Positions 1 through 9,773 of a DNA stretch of 64,000 nt are shown piece by piece; positions within the stretch are counted from its first letter, which is position 1, and the number at the start of each line of letters is the position of its first letter. The notes under the pieces were generated by a model, which saw nothing but the letters and a program-made list of their open reading frames with translations, was not told where the DNA came from and did no database searches. Made by a program: the position numbers and the translations under genes. The DNA is from an uncultured Gemmatimonadales bacterium. Lineage in GTDB: Bacteria > Gemmatimonadota > Gemmatimonadetes > Gemmatimonadales > GWC2-71-9. Location of the stretch: positions 672,001 to 736,000 of the forward strand of contig CAVZZO010000003.1 of the NCBI GenBank assembly GCA_963779755.1, read 5' to 3'.

Positions 1-1079
1 TCGGCCAGCGCCGCGCCCGCCCGTTCGGCGGAGGCGAAACTCAGACCGTCGGGGGTATCGCGCGGGGTATGCAGCAGCCGCAGCGTTTGCCAGTCCAGGC
101 GCGCCAGCGTCAGCGCCGGAAGGCCGGCACGGGCGAACGGCAGGCTGTCGACGAAGATGCCCAGCGGCAGCCGGTGCAGCCGCACCCCGTCCTCCCCCGG
201 GAGGCGCCGGGCCAGCCTCCGAGCCAGCGGCGCGCCGGCGGGCCCGTGCCGCACCACCCGCCAGGGGCCGCGCTCATCGACCGTGTCCACATTGAGAATG
301 CTGGCGCCCGCCAGCTGGGCTTTCATGGTCTGGAGAAAATACCGGGCACCCACCAGGCCGAACTCCTCGGCGCCGGTGATCAGCACCCCCACCGCCGGAT
401 CCTGCACCCGGGCCGCCGCCCCCAGGACCGCCGCCACCCCGCTGCCGTTGTCTCGAGCGCCCGGCGATTTCCCTCGCAAACGGCCCCGGTGCGCCAGCGC
501 CCCCGCCGCCAGCCCCAGGGCGGCGACCACCGCGAGCGCCGGCAGGGTCAGCGGCGCCCACAACCGGGCGACCGCCGCTCCCAGTGCCCCTCCCACGGCC
601 AGAATGACCACCCAGACGGCGATCAGCCGCCCGGCCATCGAGTGCCCCTGCGCCTTGGAATCGGCGTGCGCCACGAGCCAGTAGCGCACGGTGGCCCCGG
701 GCCGGGTGGCGATCAGATTGGCATCCTCGCGCGGCGGCTGGCCCATGGCGGACCACCCCAGCCCCATGCCGGCGGCCAGCAGCGCCAGACCGGCCAGGCC
801 GGGCAGGAGGACGGCAAGCGCGGCCCAGCCCGGAACGGCGGGAACGGCGAGCAGGGGCAGCTCCAGCAGGCCCAGCCAGCCCAGACCGGCGCCGAAGAGC
901 GGAAAGGCGTTGAGCCCCGCGGCGGCGAAGGCAAAGGGCTGCTCGCGTACCTGGTAGCCCAGCCCGGAGAGATGACGGGCCAGGAGCGTGCGGGCGGCCT
1001 CCGCTTCGGGAGTCCCCGCCTCGCGCGGCGTCCGGACCAGCTGCCGGGTGGTTGCGGTGGCCGGGTCCTCCGGGCTCAT
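1..1079 (-). CDS. M28 family metallopeptidase with internal TM segments (partial, runs off window start)
   Basis: Not in the ORF track; translated by hand from ATG 1079, which overlaps the pilT stop (ATGA): MSPEDPATATTRQ... It has M28 motifs VAHADS, GARDNGSG, AEEFGLVGA, NVD and HTPRDT, with hydrophobic helices between them. Confidence 0.85.
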   Translation of the reverse strand, partial: MSPEDPATATTRQLVRTPREAGTPEAEAARTLLARHLSGLGYQVREQPFAFAAAGLNAFPLFGAGLGWLGLLELPLLAVPAVPGWAALAVLLPGLAGLALLAAGMGLGWSAMGQPPREDANLIATRPGATVRYWLVAHADSKAQGHSMAGRLIAVWVVILAVGGALGAAVARLWAPLTLPALAVVAALGLAAGALAHRGRLRGKSPGARDNGSGVAAVLGAAARVQDPAVGVLITGAEEFGLVGARYFLQTMKAQLAGASILNVDTVDERGPWRVVRHGPAGAPLARRLARRLPGEDGVRLHRLPLGIFVDSLPFARAGLPALTLARLDWQTLRLLHTPRDTPDGLSFASAERAGAALA

Positions 1080-2182
1080 CCCTTGTTCTTGCGGGATTTG
1101 CCCTTGCCGGGCTCCGGCAGCGTCAGAGCGGCGGAATCGTTGGCGGCGGCCCGGCCGGTTTCGACGGTGATGGTGCCGGCCTCGACCAGGTCGGAGAGAT
1201 GCTGCTCCAGGCGCTGGGTCTCGTACTCTTCCCGGCCGGCCGCCAGCAGCGAGGGAATTTCATCCAGCAGATCGGGGTCCTTCAGGGCATCGCGCACGGG
1301 AGGAGTGTCGAGCAGGATCTCCAGGGCGGCGACCCGGCCGTCCTCGTCCTTGCGGGGCAGCAGCCGTTGGGAGATGACCGCCCGGAGTGAGCCGGCCAGG
1401 CGGAGCCGTCCGATCTGGCGCTCGTCGGCCGCGATCATGGCCAGCAGGCGCGAGAAGGTGGCCCGCACATCCGGAGCGGGCAGGGCGGAAAGCACCAGGT
1501 GGCCCAGCTCGGCGGCCTTGATGGCGCGATCGAGTGTGATCGCGTCGGGAATTTCGCTCAGCGCGATCACGTCGGGATCCTGGCGCAGCGCGGCGCTCAG
1601 CCCGACGGCGAAGGAGTCGGTATCCACCCCGACCTCCCGCTGCGTCACCGAGGCCTTGAGGTCGCGGTGCAGGAACTCGATGGGGTTTTCGATCGTGATG
1701 ATGTGCTTGGGCAGGTTGCGGTTGATGTGGTTGATCAGGGCCGCCAGCGTGCTGGTCTTGCCGCTGCCCGAGACGCCGGTCACCAGCACCAGGCCGCTCT
1801 CCGCCTCCGCCACCCGGCTCAGCACGGCGGGCAGCTGCAGCGACTCGATGGTGGGCACGTCGAACGGGATCACCCGCATGACGATCATGAAGCTGGACCG
1901 CTGCCGCAGCACGTTCACCCGGAACCGCCCCACGCCCGCCATCCCCCAGGAACAGTCGAAATCGTGCAGGCGCTCGAGCCGGCCCCGGTCTTCCTCGCCC
2001 ACCAGCTTGAGGGCAATGGCGCGGGTCTGATCGGGGGTCAGCCGCTGTTTGGTGAGCGGTACCAGCTTGCCGTTGATACGGGCGCGGAAGACGTCGCCCG
2101 CTTTCATCAGGACGTCGGAGGCGCCGCGGCTGACGGCCGCCTTGATGATCTTCTCGATCGGGTGGGCCCCGCTGCCGGTCAT
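1076..2182 (-). CDS. PilT/PilU family type IV pilus ATPase (degenerate motifs)
   Basis: GRFRVN, Walker A GVSGSGKTS, ALRQDPDVI, VISQRLLP. Confidence 0.9.
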   Translation of the reverse strand: MTGSGAHPIEKIIKAAVSRGASDVLMKAGDVFRARINGKLVPLTKQRLTPDQTRAIALKLVGEEDRGRLERLHDFDCSWGMAGVGRFRVNVLRQRSSFMIVMRVIPFDVPTIESLQLPAVLSRVAEAESGLVLVTGVSGSGKTSTLAALINHINRNLPKHIITIENPIEFLHRDLKASVTQREVGVDTDSFAVGLSAALRQDPDVIALSEIPDAITLDRAIKAAELGHLVLSALPAPDVRATFSRLLAMIAADERQIGRLRLAGSLRAVISQRLLPRKDEDGRVAALEILLDTPPVRDALKDPDLLDEIPSLLAAGREEYETQRLEQHLSDLVEAGTITVETGRAAANDSAALTLPEPGKGKSRKNKG

Positions 2183-3189
2183 GATGGGGTCCGCGGGCTC
2201 GGCGCCGGCTGGAGGAATCCCATGCGCTCGCGCACCTCCTGCATGGTCTCCCGCGCGATCGCCCGGGCGCGGGCAGCGCCATCGGCCAGAATTTCGTCGA
2301 CCCGGCCCGCGTGGGCGCGCAGCTCCGCCGCGCGCTCGCGGATCGGCGCCAGGGCGGCGGCCATGTTATCGGCCAGCACCCGCTTGCAGTCGAGACAGCC
2401 CCACCTGGCGCCGCGGCAATTCACCGCCACCTGCTCCACCGTCGCGGGCGGCGAGAAATACTTGTGCAGCGAATAGATGTTGCAGATCTCCGGGTTGCCC
2501 GGATCCTTCCTGGTGACCCGGGCGGGATCGGTCACCGCCGGCCGGAGCTTCTGCCAGATCTCCTCGGGGGAATCGAGCAGCCCGACGGTATTCCCCAGGG
2601 TCTTGGACATCTTGGCCTGCCCATCGAGGCCCAGGATGCGCCGGGCCTCGGTGAGCAGCGGCTGCGGCTCGGGCAGATAATCCTCGCCCCGCCCGAACTC
2701 CGCGTTCCAGCGCCGCGCGATCTCGCGGGCCAGTTCCAGATGCTGGGTCTGGTCTTCGCCCACCGGCACCAGGTCCGCCCGGTAGAGGAGAATGTCCGCC
2801 GCCATCAGCACCGGGTAGTTCAGGAGCCCGGCCGGCACGCTCTCCATCCGCTGCGATTTATCTTTGTACTGCGTCATGCGTTCCAGCTCGCCCACCGGCG
2901 CGACGGCGTTGAGCAGCCACTGCAGCTCGGCATGCTCGGGCACATGGGACTGGACGAACAGAATGGCGCGTTCCGGATCGATCCCCGCTGCCAGCAGGCC
3001 GAGCGCCATCTCGCGGGTACGCTCCGCCAGGCGGGCAGGTTCGTACGGCATGGTGAGGACGTGCAGGTCCACCACGCAGATCAGGCACTGGTGGATCTGC
3101 TGCAGCCGGACCCAGTTCTGGACCGCCCCCAGCCAGTTCCCGATGTGGAGCTCGCCGGACGGTTGGATCCCGGAGAATATGCGAGGCAT
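2179..3189 (-). CDS. trpS: Tryptophan--tRNA ligase
   Basis: SGIQPSG, HIGN, YPVLMAADILLY, VPVGEDQ, KMSKT. Confidence 0.97.
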   Translation of the reverse strand: MPRIFSGIQPSGELHIGNWLGAVQNWVRLQQIHQCLICVVDLHVLTMPYEPARLAERTREMALGLLAAGIDPERAILFVQSHVPEHAELQWLLNAVAPVGELERMTQYKDKSQRMESVPAGLLNYPVLMAADILLYRADLVPVGEDQTQHLELAREIARRWNAEFGRGEDYLPEPQPLLTEARRILGLDGQAKMSKTLGNTVGLLDSPEEIWQKLRPAVTDPARVTRKDPGNPEICNIYSLHKYFSPPATVEQVAVNCRGARWGCLDCKRVLADNMAAALAPIRERAAELRAHAGRVDEILADGAARARAIARETMQEVRERMGFLQPAPSPRTPS

Positions 3190-3225
3190 GCGCGCAAGCT
3201 ACCTCCCCACCACCGGAGCCGCAAG

Positions 3226-4008
3226 ATGGCCTCTGCCTTAGACTTACTCGATCGGGCCGAGGCGGCTGCGCAGCAGGCGGCGGCCTGGCTGCGGCGGGCC
3301 CCGCGACCCGGTCCTGCCGACTGGGATCGCAAGGGACGAAACGATTTCGTCTCGGATGCCGATCGGGGAGCCGAACGGATCATCCACGAAGCCCTCGCGG
3401 CGGGGCCGCCGGGCCGGATCATCGGTGAGGAGCTGTCGCCGGAGCTGGTTGGCGAGGGGCTGGTGTGGATCGTGGACCCGATCGACGGCACCACCAACTT
3501 CCTGCACGGATTCCCCGCCTGGTGCGTGTCAATTGCGGCGGCGGTCGACGGCGTGCTGGAGGCGGGGGTGGTGCTCGAGGTTCCGGCGGGCCGGGTGTAT
3601 CGCGCCTGGCGGGGCGGCGGCGCCTGGCGGGACGGCGAGCGGCTGCGGGTTTCTCCCATCACCGACCCGGCCGAGTCGCTGATCGGCACCGGGTTTCCGT
3701 TCCGCGAGGGCGAGCCGCTGGACCGCTATTTCGTCCAGTTGCGCCGGATCGTAGAGCGGACGACCGGCGTGCGCCGCCCGGGCTCGGCCGCGCTCGACCT
3801 GGCCACCGTCGCCGCCGGCGGCTTCGAGGGGTTCTGGGAGCACCGGCTCTCGGCCTGGGACATCGCCGCGGGCACGCTGCTGATCCGGGAAGCGGGTGGG
3901 AAGGTGACGGATTTCCAGGGACGGGATCTGGGAATCGAGCACGGGCCGGTGCTGGCCGGGAATCCGGCGATTCACGCGTGGCTGATGAACACCCTGCAGG
4001 ACGGGTAG
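3226..4008 (+). CDS. Inositol monophosphatase family protein (SuhB-like)
   Basis: GEE, WIVDPIDGTTNF, RRPGSAALDL and WDIAAG motifs. Start placed at ATG 3226 inside the longer listed ORF. Confidence 0.92.
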   Translation: MASALDLLDRAEAAAQQAAAWLRRAPRPGPADWDRKGRNDFVSDADRGAERIIHEALAAGPPGRIIGEELSPELVGEGLVWIVDPIDGTTNFLHGFPAWCVSIAAAVDGVLEAGVVLEVPAGRVYRAWRGGGAWRDGERLRVSPITDPAESLIGTGFPFREGEPLDRYFVQLRRIVERTTGVRRPGSAALDLATVAAGGFEGFWEHRLSAWDIAAGTLLIREAGGKVTDFQGRDLGIEHGPVLAGNPAIHAWLMNTLQDG

Positions 4009-4099
4009 GCGCATCACGCCGCGGGGGGTGGCATGTCACGCCGTAGGGGCGTGGGAGCCACGCCGTAGGGGCGTGGCATGCCACGCCCCTACGGCGTGG
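4005..4099. repeat. GTAG-type REP-like palindromic repeat cluster
   Basis: About 22-bp units of GTAGGGGCGTGGCATGCCACGCC type, 3-4 copies. A perfect 42-bp palindrome at 4058-4099 lies between convergent genes and overlaps the map stop codon. Confidence 0.8.
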
Positions 4100-4841
4100 T
4101 CAGGATCCGCGCTCCGTCCTTGAGCACCACCACCGTGTGCTCGAAATGGGCCGAGAGGAGGCCGTCGGCGGTCACGACGGTCCATTTGTCGGTGAGGGTC
4201 CGGGTGGCGGGGCTTCCCTGGGTGATCATCGGCTCGATGGCGATGGTCATGTTCTCGGCCAGCCGGGGCCCCCGCCCGGGGCGGCCGTAGTTGGGGATCT
4301 GGGGCTCCTCGTGGAACGAGGTGCCGATCCCGTGACCCACCAGCTCCTTTACCACGCCGAAATCCGCCCTTTCGGCCACCTGCTGTACCGCGTGGCCGAT
4401 ATCGCCTACATGATTCCCCGCGCGCACCGCGCCGATCCCGGCCGCGAGGCATTCCTGGGTCACCCGGAGCAGCCGGGTGGCCTCGGGGGAGATCTCGCCC
4501 ACGGGAAGCGTGGTGGCGCTGTCGGCATGGAGCCCGTCGATGCAGACCCCCACGTCCACGCTGACGACGTTGCCCTCCCGCAGCACGCGGCGCCCTGAGG
4601 GGATCCCGTGGACGATCTCTTCGTTGATCGAGGTGCAGAGTGTGGCTGGAAAGCCGTAGAGGCCCTTGAAGGACGGCATGGCGCCCGGATGGCTGCGGAT
4701 GAACTCCTCCGCGACCTGGTCGAGATCGGCGGTGCTGAGCCCGGGACGGACGGTACGAGCCAGCAGGTTCAGCGTGGCGCCCACGATGCGGCCGGCCTGG
4801 GCCATCGCCTCCAGCTCGCGCGGAGACTTGATGGTGATCAC
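4089..4841 (-). CDS. map: Methionine aminopeptidase type I
   Basis: CTSINEEIVHGIP, DVG...DSA, GHGIG..FHEEP, IAIEPM, SAHFEHT; GTG start. Confidence 0.97.
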   Translation of the reverse strand: MITIKSPRELEAMAQAGRIVGATLNLLARTVRPGLSTADLDQVAEEFIRSHPGAMPSFKGLYGFPATLCTSINEEIVHGIPSGRRVLREGNVVSVDVGVCIDGLHADSATTLPVGEISPEATRLLRVTQECLAAGIGAVRAGNHVGDIGHAVQQVAERADFGVVKELVGHGIGTSFHEEPQIPNYGRPGRGPRLAENMTIAIEPMITQGSPATRTLTDKWTVVTADGLLSAHFEHTVVVLKDGARILTTP

Positions 4842-5404
4842 TACCGGCCCAGCACCTGCCGTACGCGGCCGGCGATCTCCTCCACGCTGCCCACGGCATC
4901 GATGACGTCCACCGTCCCGTGACGGCGGTACCAGTCCAGCACCGGAGCGGTCTGCGCCCGGTAGGCCTTGAGGCGGGTGGCCACCGCGTCCGGGTCGTCG
5001 TCGGCGCGGCCCTCCTGCGCGCGGCGCTTCTCCAGCCGGTCGATGATCTCCTGGTCGGGAACATCGAAGAACAGGATGTGATCCATCTTCCGCCCGCTTT
5101 CTCCCAGCAGCTGCTCCACCCCCTCGGCCTGCGCCACGGTGCGCACCACCCCGTCAAGGATAACGCCCTGGCGGGCGCCATCCTTGGAGAGCTCATCCCG
5201 CACCACCCCCAGGATGAGATCGTCACTGACCAGGTGGCCCGCCTCCATCACCGCCTTGACCTTCCGGCCGATGGGCGTGCCCCGCTTCACCGCGTCCCGC
5301 AGCAGATCACCGGTGGCGAATTTCGGAAGGCCGAGGCGCCGGGCGAGGAGGGCGCCCTGGGTGCCCTTGCCGGCGCCGGGGGGACCGAGGAGGAGGATGT
5401 CCAT
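4841..5404 (-). CDS. adk: Adenylate kinase (short-LID type)
   Basis: GPPGAGKGTQ P-loop, TGDLLR, short LID ending GRADD; sits after secY. Confidence 0.96.
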   Translation of the reverse strand: MDILLLGPPGAGKGTQGALLARRLGLPKFATGDLLRDAVKRGTPIGRKVKAVMEAGHLVSDDLILGVVRDELSKDGARQGVILDGVVRTVAQAEGVEQLLGESGRKMDHILFFDVPDQEIIDRLEKRRAQEGRADDDPDAVATRLKAYRAQTAPVLDWYRRHGTVDVIDAVGSVEEIAGRVRQVLGR

Positions 5405-5406
5405 GG

Positions 5407-5484
5407 AGTCGCTGGTCGCTAGTCGTTAGTCGTTGGCCGCCGGGGAATGACTCGCTAGCGACTAATGACTAGTGACTAGCGACG
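5407..5484. repeat. Inverted heptamer tandem-repeat element (AGTCGYT)n ... (ARYGACT)n
   Basis: agtcgct ggtcgct agtcgtt agtcgtt ... agcgact aatgact agtgact agcgacg, between secY and adk. Confidence 0.85.
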
Positions 5485-5488
5485 ATCG

Positions 5489-6799
5489 TCAGATATACCG
5501 CTGCCGCCCCCGGAACTTCACCCGGCCGGTCTTCATGAAGCTGTCGTACTTGCGCAGCTGCCGGTGCTGTTCCACCTGGGCAATGGTATCGAGGAGGGTG
5601 CCGACGACGATCAGGACGCTGGTGCCGCCGAACACGGCCTGGATGCCCAGCTTGCTGCTCACCAGGATGGGGACCAGGGCTACCACGGCCAGGAAGATGG
5701 CGCCGGGGAAGGTCACCCGCCCCAGCACGGCGTCGATGTAATCGGCGGTGCTGGCGCCCGGCTTCACCCCGGGAATGAACCCGCCCTGCTTCTTCAGGTT
5801 TTCCGCCAGGTCCACCGAATTGAAGATGATGGACGTGTAGAAATAGCTGAACAGCAGGATCATGATGGTGAAGATGATGATGTACGGCAGATCGCCCGGG
5901 CGGAAGAAATCGGCCATGCTGGTCAGAACGTCGTTCTTGGTGACGCTGGCCAGGGTTCCCGGAACGATGATGATCGTCTGGGCAAAGATGATCGGCATGA
6001 CGCTCGCCGTCAGGAGCCGGATGGGGATGAAGGTTTTCTGGCTCTCCCGCACCCGCCCGCGGCCCATGACCTTCCGGGGGATCTGGATGGGGATCCGCCG
6101 GGCGGCGATCGTCATGGCGGTGGTCGCCGCCACGATGACGATGATGAGGGCGATGAAGCCCAGCGCCCCGAACAGCGACATGGCGCCGGCGCGGATGTAC
6201 TGGAACATGTTGACCAGCCCGGGCCAGAGCCGGTCGAGAATCGAGAAGGTAATGAGCAGGCTCATGCCGTTCCCGATGCCCCGTTCGGTAATCTGCTCGC
6301 CCAGCCACATCACGAAGATGGCCCCGGTGGTCAGGGTCACCATCATCAGGATGCGGAAGCCGAAGTCGGGGTTGGCCACCGCCCCCGGAATGGACTCGGT
6401 AAAGAGAGCGAAGGTATAGGCCTGGGACGCCGCGATGAGGATCGTGATGTAGCGCGTCCACTGCGTCAGTTTCTTCTTGCCCTCTTCATCCTGCTGCATT
6501 TTGCCCACCGACGGCATGACCCCGCCCGCCAGCTGGAAGACGATGCTGGCGGAGATGTAGGGCATGATGCCCAGGGCGAACACCGTGGCGCGGGAGAGCC
6601 CGCCGCCCAGCATGTCGTAGAGCCCGAAGAAGCCGGCGGCGGCCGAATTCCGGAGGTAGTCCGCCAGCGCGGTCGCGTTCACCCCGGGAGCCACGATATG
6701 GGCGCCGACCCGGTAGATCACCAGGGTCAGCAGGGTGAACAGGAGCTTGCGCTTGAGCTCGTCGTCGATCGCGAGCCCGGGAACGCGGGGTGCCGTCAC
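5489..6799 (-). CDS. secY: Preprotein translocase subunit SecY
   Basis: FALGIMPYISASI, WLGEQITERGIGNG, GGFIPGVKPG, GGTSVLIVV. Confidence 0.98.
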   Translation of the reverse strand: MTAPRVPGLAIDDELKRKLLFTLLTLVIYRVGAHIVAPGVNATALADYLRNSAAAGFFGLYDMLGGGLSRATVFALGIMPYISASIVFQLAGGVMPSVGKMQQDEEGKKKLTQWTRYITILIAASQAYTFALFTESIPGAVANPDFGFRILMMVTLTTGAIFVMWLGEQITERGIGNGMSLLITFSILDRLWPGLVNMFQYIRAGAMSLFGALGFIALIIVIVAATTAMTIAARRIPIQIPRKVMGRGRVRESQKTFIPIRLLTASVMPIIFAQTIIIVPGTLASVTKNDVLTSMADFFRPGDLPYIIIFTIMILLFSYFYTSIIFNSVDLAENLKKQGGFIPGVKPGASTADYIDAVLGRVTFPGAIFLAVVALVPILVSSKLGIQAVFGGTSVLIVVGTLLDTIAQVEQHRQLRKYDSFMKTGRVKFRGRQRYI

Positions 6800-7258
6800 T
6801 TAGGCCTCGACGCTGCCGCCGGCGGCTTCGATCTTGGCGCGGGCGGAGGCGGAGACCGGCACGCCGCTGACGGCGTAGGCCCGGTCCGCATCGCCGGTGC
6901 CGAGGATCTTCACCGGGTCGGACGGCCTGGCGATCAGGCCGGCAGCGGCCAGCGTATCGGGAGTCACCTCGGTGCCTCCCAGCTGCCGCAGGGCCTGCAG
7001 ATTCACGGGTTGGGCCCGTTCCCTGAACGGGTTGGTAAAGCCGCGCTTGGGCAGCCGCCGGTAGATCGGCATCTGCCCGCCCTCGAAGCCGGGGTTGGTG
7101 GAGCCGCCGGTCCGGGCCTTGTGACCCTTGTGCCCGCGGCCCGCCGTCTTGCCCAGGCCGCTGCCGGGCCCCCGCCCCACCCGCTTGCGCGGCTGGGTGG
7201 AGCCGGGCGCCGGCCGCAGGTTCGAGAGGGTGATCGGCGTTCTGGTTTCGTCCGCCAT
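6800..7258 (-). CDS. rplO: 50S ribosomal protein L15
   Basis: RVGRGPGSGLGKTAGRGHKG, FEGGQMPIYRRLPKRGF. Confidence 0.98.
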   Translation of the reverse strand: MADETRTPITLSNLRPAPGSTQPRKRVGRGPGSGLGKTAGRGHKGHKARTGGSTNPGFEGGQMPIYRRLPKRGFTNPFRERAQPVNLQALRQLGGTEVTPDTLAAAGLIARPSDPVKILGTGDADRAYAVSGVPVSASARAKIEAAGGSVEA

Positions 7259-7465
7259 TTATCGATTCTCCGCCGGCGTCACCTGCACCAGGTGGCGCAC
7301 CTTGAACAACATGCCGCGAATGGAGGGCGTGTCCGACACCTCCACCGTCTGCTGATGATGCCGCAGCCCCAGCGCCCGCAGGGTGCGCCGGTAGGTCTCG
7401 GCGTGGCCGATCTCCGAGCGCACCTGCTTCACGCGTAGCCGCGCCGCCGCCGTCTGCTCAGGCAT
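7259..7465 (-). CDS. rpmD: 50S ribosomal protein L30
   Basis: QVRSEIG...TLRALGL...IRGM; operon position. Confidence 0.95.
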   Translation of the reverse strand: MPEQTAAARLRVKQVRSEIGHAETYRRTLRALGLRHHQQTVEVSDTPSIRGMLFKVRHLVQVTPAENR

Positions 7466-8153
7466 TGGCGACCTCCTGCCGTCCCCGGAAGGGGATCTGG
7501 TCGAGCTCCAGCCCGCGCTCCCGCGCCACCTGCCGCGCGGTGATCAGGCTGGTGAGCCCGTCCATGGTGGCGCGCACCATGTTGTGCGGGTTGGTCGAGC
7601 CCAGGCACTTGGTGAGGATATCGGTGATGCCGGCGCAGACCAGCACCGCGCGCACCGGGCCTCCCGCGATAATGCCGGTCCCGCTGGCGGCCGGCTTGAG
7701 CAGCACCCGGCCCGCGCCATGATGGCCCAGGATCTCGTGCGGGATGGTGGCGCCCACCCGGGGCACCTCGGTCATTCCCCGCCGCGCTCCCTCGACCGCC
7801 TTGCGCACCGCCTCGGAGACCTCATTCGCCTTGCCGGTGGCAATCCCGACCCGGCCGCGCCCGTCGCCCACCGCCACCAGCGCGTTGAACGAGAACCGGC
7901 GCCCGCCCTTGACCACCTTGGCCACGCGATTGATGGCGATCACGTTTTCGATCAGATCGCTGCCATGTTCCCGGTCGCGGTCGCGCCGGCCGCCCCGGCC
8001 GCGGTCACCCCGCTGCCGCCCGCGCCCCCGGCCCCCGCCGCCGCCGCCTTCCCGCTGCTGCGCCGGCGGCGCCGACGGTGTCGACTGCGCCTCCCGCTCG
8101 GGCGACGCTTCGGTGGGCGTCTCTGCCGCTGGGGTCTTCTGCTCTTCGGCCAT
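7458..8153 (-). CDS. rpsE: 30S ribosomal protein S5 (N-terminal low-complexity extension)
   Basis: [28 protein letters not shown]. Confidence 0.98.
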   Translation of the reverse strand: MAEEQKTPAAETPTEASPEREAQSTPSAPPAQQREGGGGGGRGRGRQRGDRGRGGRRDRDREHGSDLIENVIAINRVAKVVKGGRRFSFNALVAVGDGRGRVGIATGKANEVSEAVRKAVEGARRGMTEVPRVGATIPHEILGHHGAGRVLLKPAASGTGIIAGGPVRAVLVCAGITDILTKCLGSTNPHNMVRATMDGLTSLITARQVARERGLELDQIPFRGRQEVANA

Positions 8154-8155
8154 CG

Positions 8156-8527
8156 TCAGAACTCCAATCCGCCGGCGCGGGCGCCGTCTGCGACGGCCCG
8201 CACGCGCCCATGATATCGATATCCGCCGCGATCGAACACGACCGGGCCGTAGCCTGCCGCCTTCGCCTTGCTGGCCAGGAGCTGCCCGACCGCCTTGGCC
8301 CGGGCCACCTTGCCGGCGCCTTCCACGGCCAGCCCCTCGCTGGTGTCCGCCACCCCCAGCAGGGTCACGCCCCGCTCGTCGTCCACCAGCTGGGCATAGA
8401 TGTGCTTGAGGCTGCGGAAGACGGCCAGCCGGGGGCGGGCCGCCGTCCCGGCGACCTTCTTCCGGACCCGGAGGTGACGGCGATAGCGCCGCTCCGGCCG
8501 CGTCTTGGGTGCATGAATCCCGCGCAT
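8156..8527 (-). CDS. rplR: 50S ribosomal protein L18
   Basis: [25 protein letters not shown]. Confidence 0.98.
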   Translation of the reverse strand: MRGIHAPKTRPERRYRRHLRVRKKVAGTAARPRLAVFRSLKHIYAQLVDDERGVTLLGVADTSEGLAVEGAGKVARAKAVGQLLASKAKAAGYGPVVFDRGGYRYHGRVRAVADGARAGGLEF

Positions 8528-8530
8528 CGG

Positions 8531-9070
8531 TTACTTCGCTCCTGTCTTGCCGGCCTTCCGGCGCACCTGTTCACCCTGGTAGCGGACGCCCTTGCCCTTG
8601 TAGGGTTCGGGGGGCCGCACCGCCCGCAGCTCCGCGGCCACCTGGCCCACCAGTTCCTTGTCGGCTCCGTCGATGCGGACCACCGTATTGTTGTCGACCG
8701 TGATCTTGATCCCGGCGGGGGCCTTGTAGGCCACCGGATGGGAAAACCCGACCACGAGATTGACGCCGTAGGGCCGGGGCTCCGCCTTGTAGCCGACGCC
8801 CTGGATCTCCAGGGTGCGGCTGAAGCCGGTGGCCACGCCGTCGACCATGTTCTGCACCAGGGTGCGGGTGAGCCCGTGCAGCGCCTTGTGCCGCTGCTCC
8901 TCGCTGGGCCGCTGGACCGTGACCTGGCCGTCCGCCATGCCGACGATCATGTCCCGGTGCAGGGTCCGCCGCAGCTCGCCCCGGGGGCCCTTGGCGGTGA
9001 CCGTATGCCCGTCGATGGTGAGGGTCACCCCTGGGGGGATGACGACGGGCTTCTTGCCGATACGCGACAT
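8531..9070 (-). CDS. rplF: 50S ribosomal protein L6
   Basis: MSRIGKKP start at 9070; [12 protein letters not shown]. Confidence 0.98.
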   Translation of the reverse strand: MSRIGKKPVVIPPGVTLTIDGHTVTAKGPRGELRRTLHRDMIVGMADGQVTVQRPSEEQRHKALHGLTRTLVQNMVDGVATGFSRTLEIQGVGYKAEPRPYGVNLVVGFSHPVAYKAPAGIKITVDNNTVVRIDGADKELVGQVAAELRAVRPPEPYKGKGVRYQGEQVRRKAGKTGAK

Positions 9071-9078
9071 GCTCGCTC

Positions 9079-9474
9079 CTACCAGACGACGGCGAGCAGT
9101 TCGCCGCCGAGATGGGCCGACCGGGCGTCGCGGTCGCTCATGAGCCCGCGCGAGGTCGAGACGATCGCCATCCCCAGGCCGTTCTTGACCCGGGGCAGGT
9201 CGCGGCACTTCACGTAGCGCCGCAGGCCGGGCGTGCTCACGCGCCGCAGCTCCCGGATGACCGGCGATTCGTTGTGATACTTCAGGTAGACCCGGAGCAC
9301 GCCGTGCGCACCGTCATCGAGGAGCTTGAAGTCCGCGATGTAGTGGTTGTCGCGCAGCAGCCGGGCGAACTCGGTGCGCAGTTTCGAGACCGGCATGTCC
9401 ACTCTCCGGTGGCCTGCATCGCAGGCGTTCCGGATGCGGGTCAGCATGTCCGCTACGGGATCCGTCATGCTCAT
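9079..9474 (-). CDS. rpsH: 30S ribosomal protein S8
   Basis: DPVADMLTRIRNA, STPGLRRY, GGELL. Confidence 0.98.
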   Translation of the reverse strand: MSMTDPVADMLTRIRNACDAGHRRVDMPVSKLRTEFARLLRDNHYIADFKLLDDGAHGVLRVYLKYHNESPVIRELRRVSTPGLRRYVKCRDLPRVKNGLGMAIVSTSRGLMSDRDARSAHLGGELLAVVW

Positions 9475-9488
9475 ACGTCGACCGCTCC

Positions 9489-9674
9489 TTACCAGCTGGC
9501 CTTGCGCACGCCCGGGATTTCTCCCCGCAGCGCGAGCTCACGGAAGCAGATGCGGCAGAGACCGAACCGGCGCAGATACGCCCGCACCCGGCCACACCGC
9601 TGACAGCGCCGCACCGTCCGCGAGGAGAATTTGGGGGTGCGCTTGGCTTTTTCGATCCAACAGGTCTTGGCCAT
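9489..9674 (-). CDS. rpsN: 30S ribosomal protein S14 type Z (Zn-binding)
   Basis: 61 aa, CQRC...[15 protein letters not shown]. Confidence 0.97.
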   Translation of the reverse strand: MAKTCWIEKAKRTPKFSSRTVRRCQRCGRVRAYLRRFGLCRICFRELALRGEIPGVRKASW

Positions 9675-9704
9675 GATTCCTCAAGTTCCTTCAGTTCATG
9701 TACC

Positions 9705-9770
9705 GGGAAGAGGGAAAGGGGAACGGGGAAAAGGCCTGCCGGTTCCCACTTCCCTGTTCCCCGTTTCCCG
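9705..9770. repeat. Inverted heptamer tandem-repeat element (GGGAAnn)4 ... (TTCCCnn)4
   Basis: gggaaga gggaaag gggaacg gggaaaa / ttcccac ttccctg ttccccg tttcccg, between rplE and rpsN. Confidence 0.85.
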
Positions 9771-9773
9771 CCG

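Noticed and set aside
4005..4099. Mini CRISPR array
   Set aside because: Units are directly adjacent with no unique spacers; this fits a REP-like cluster better.
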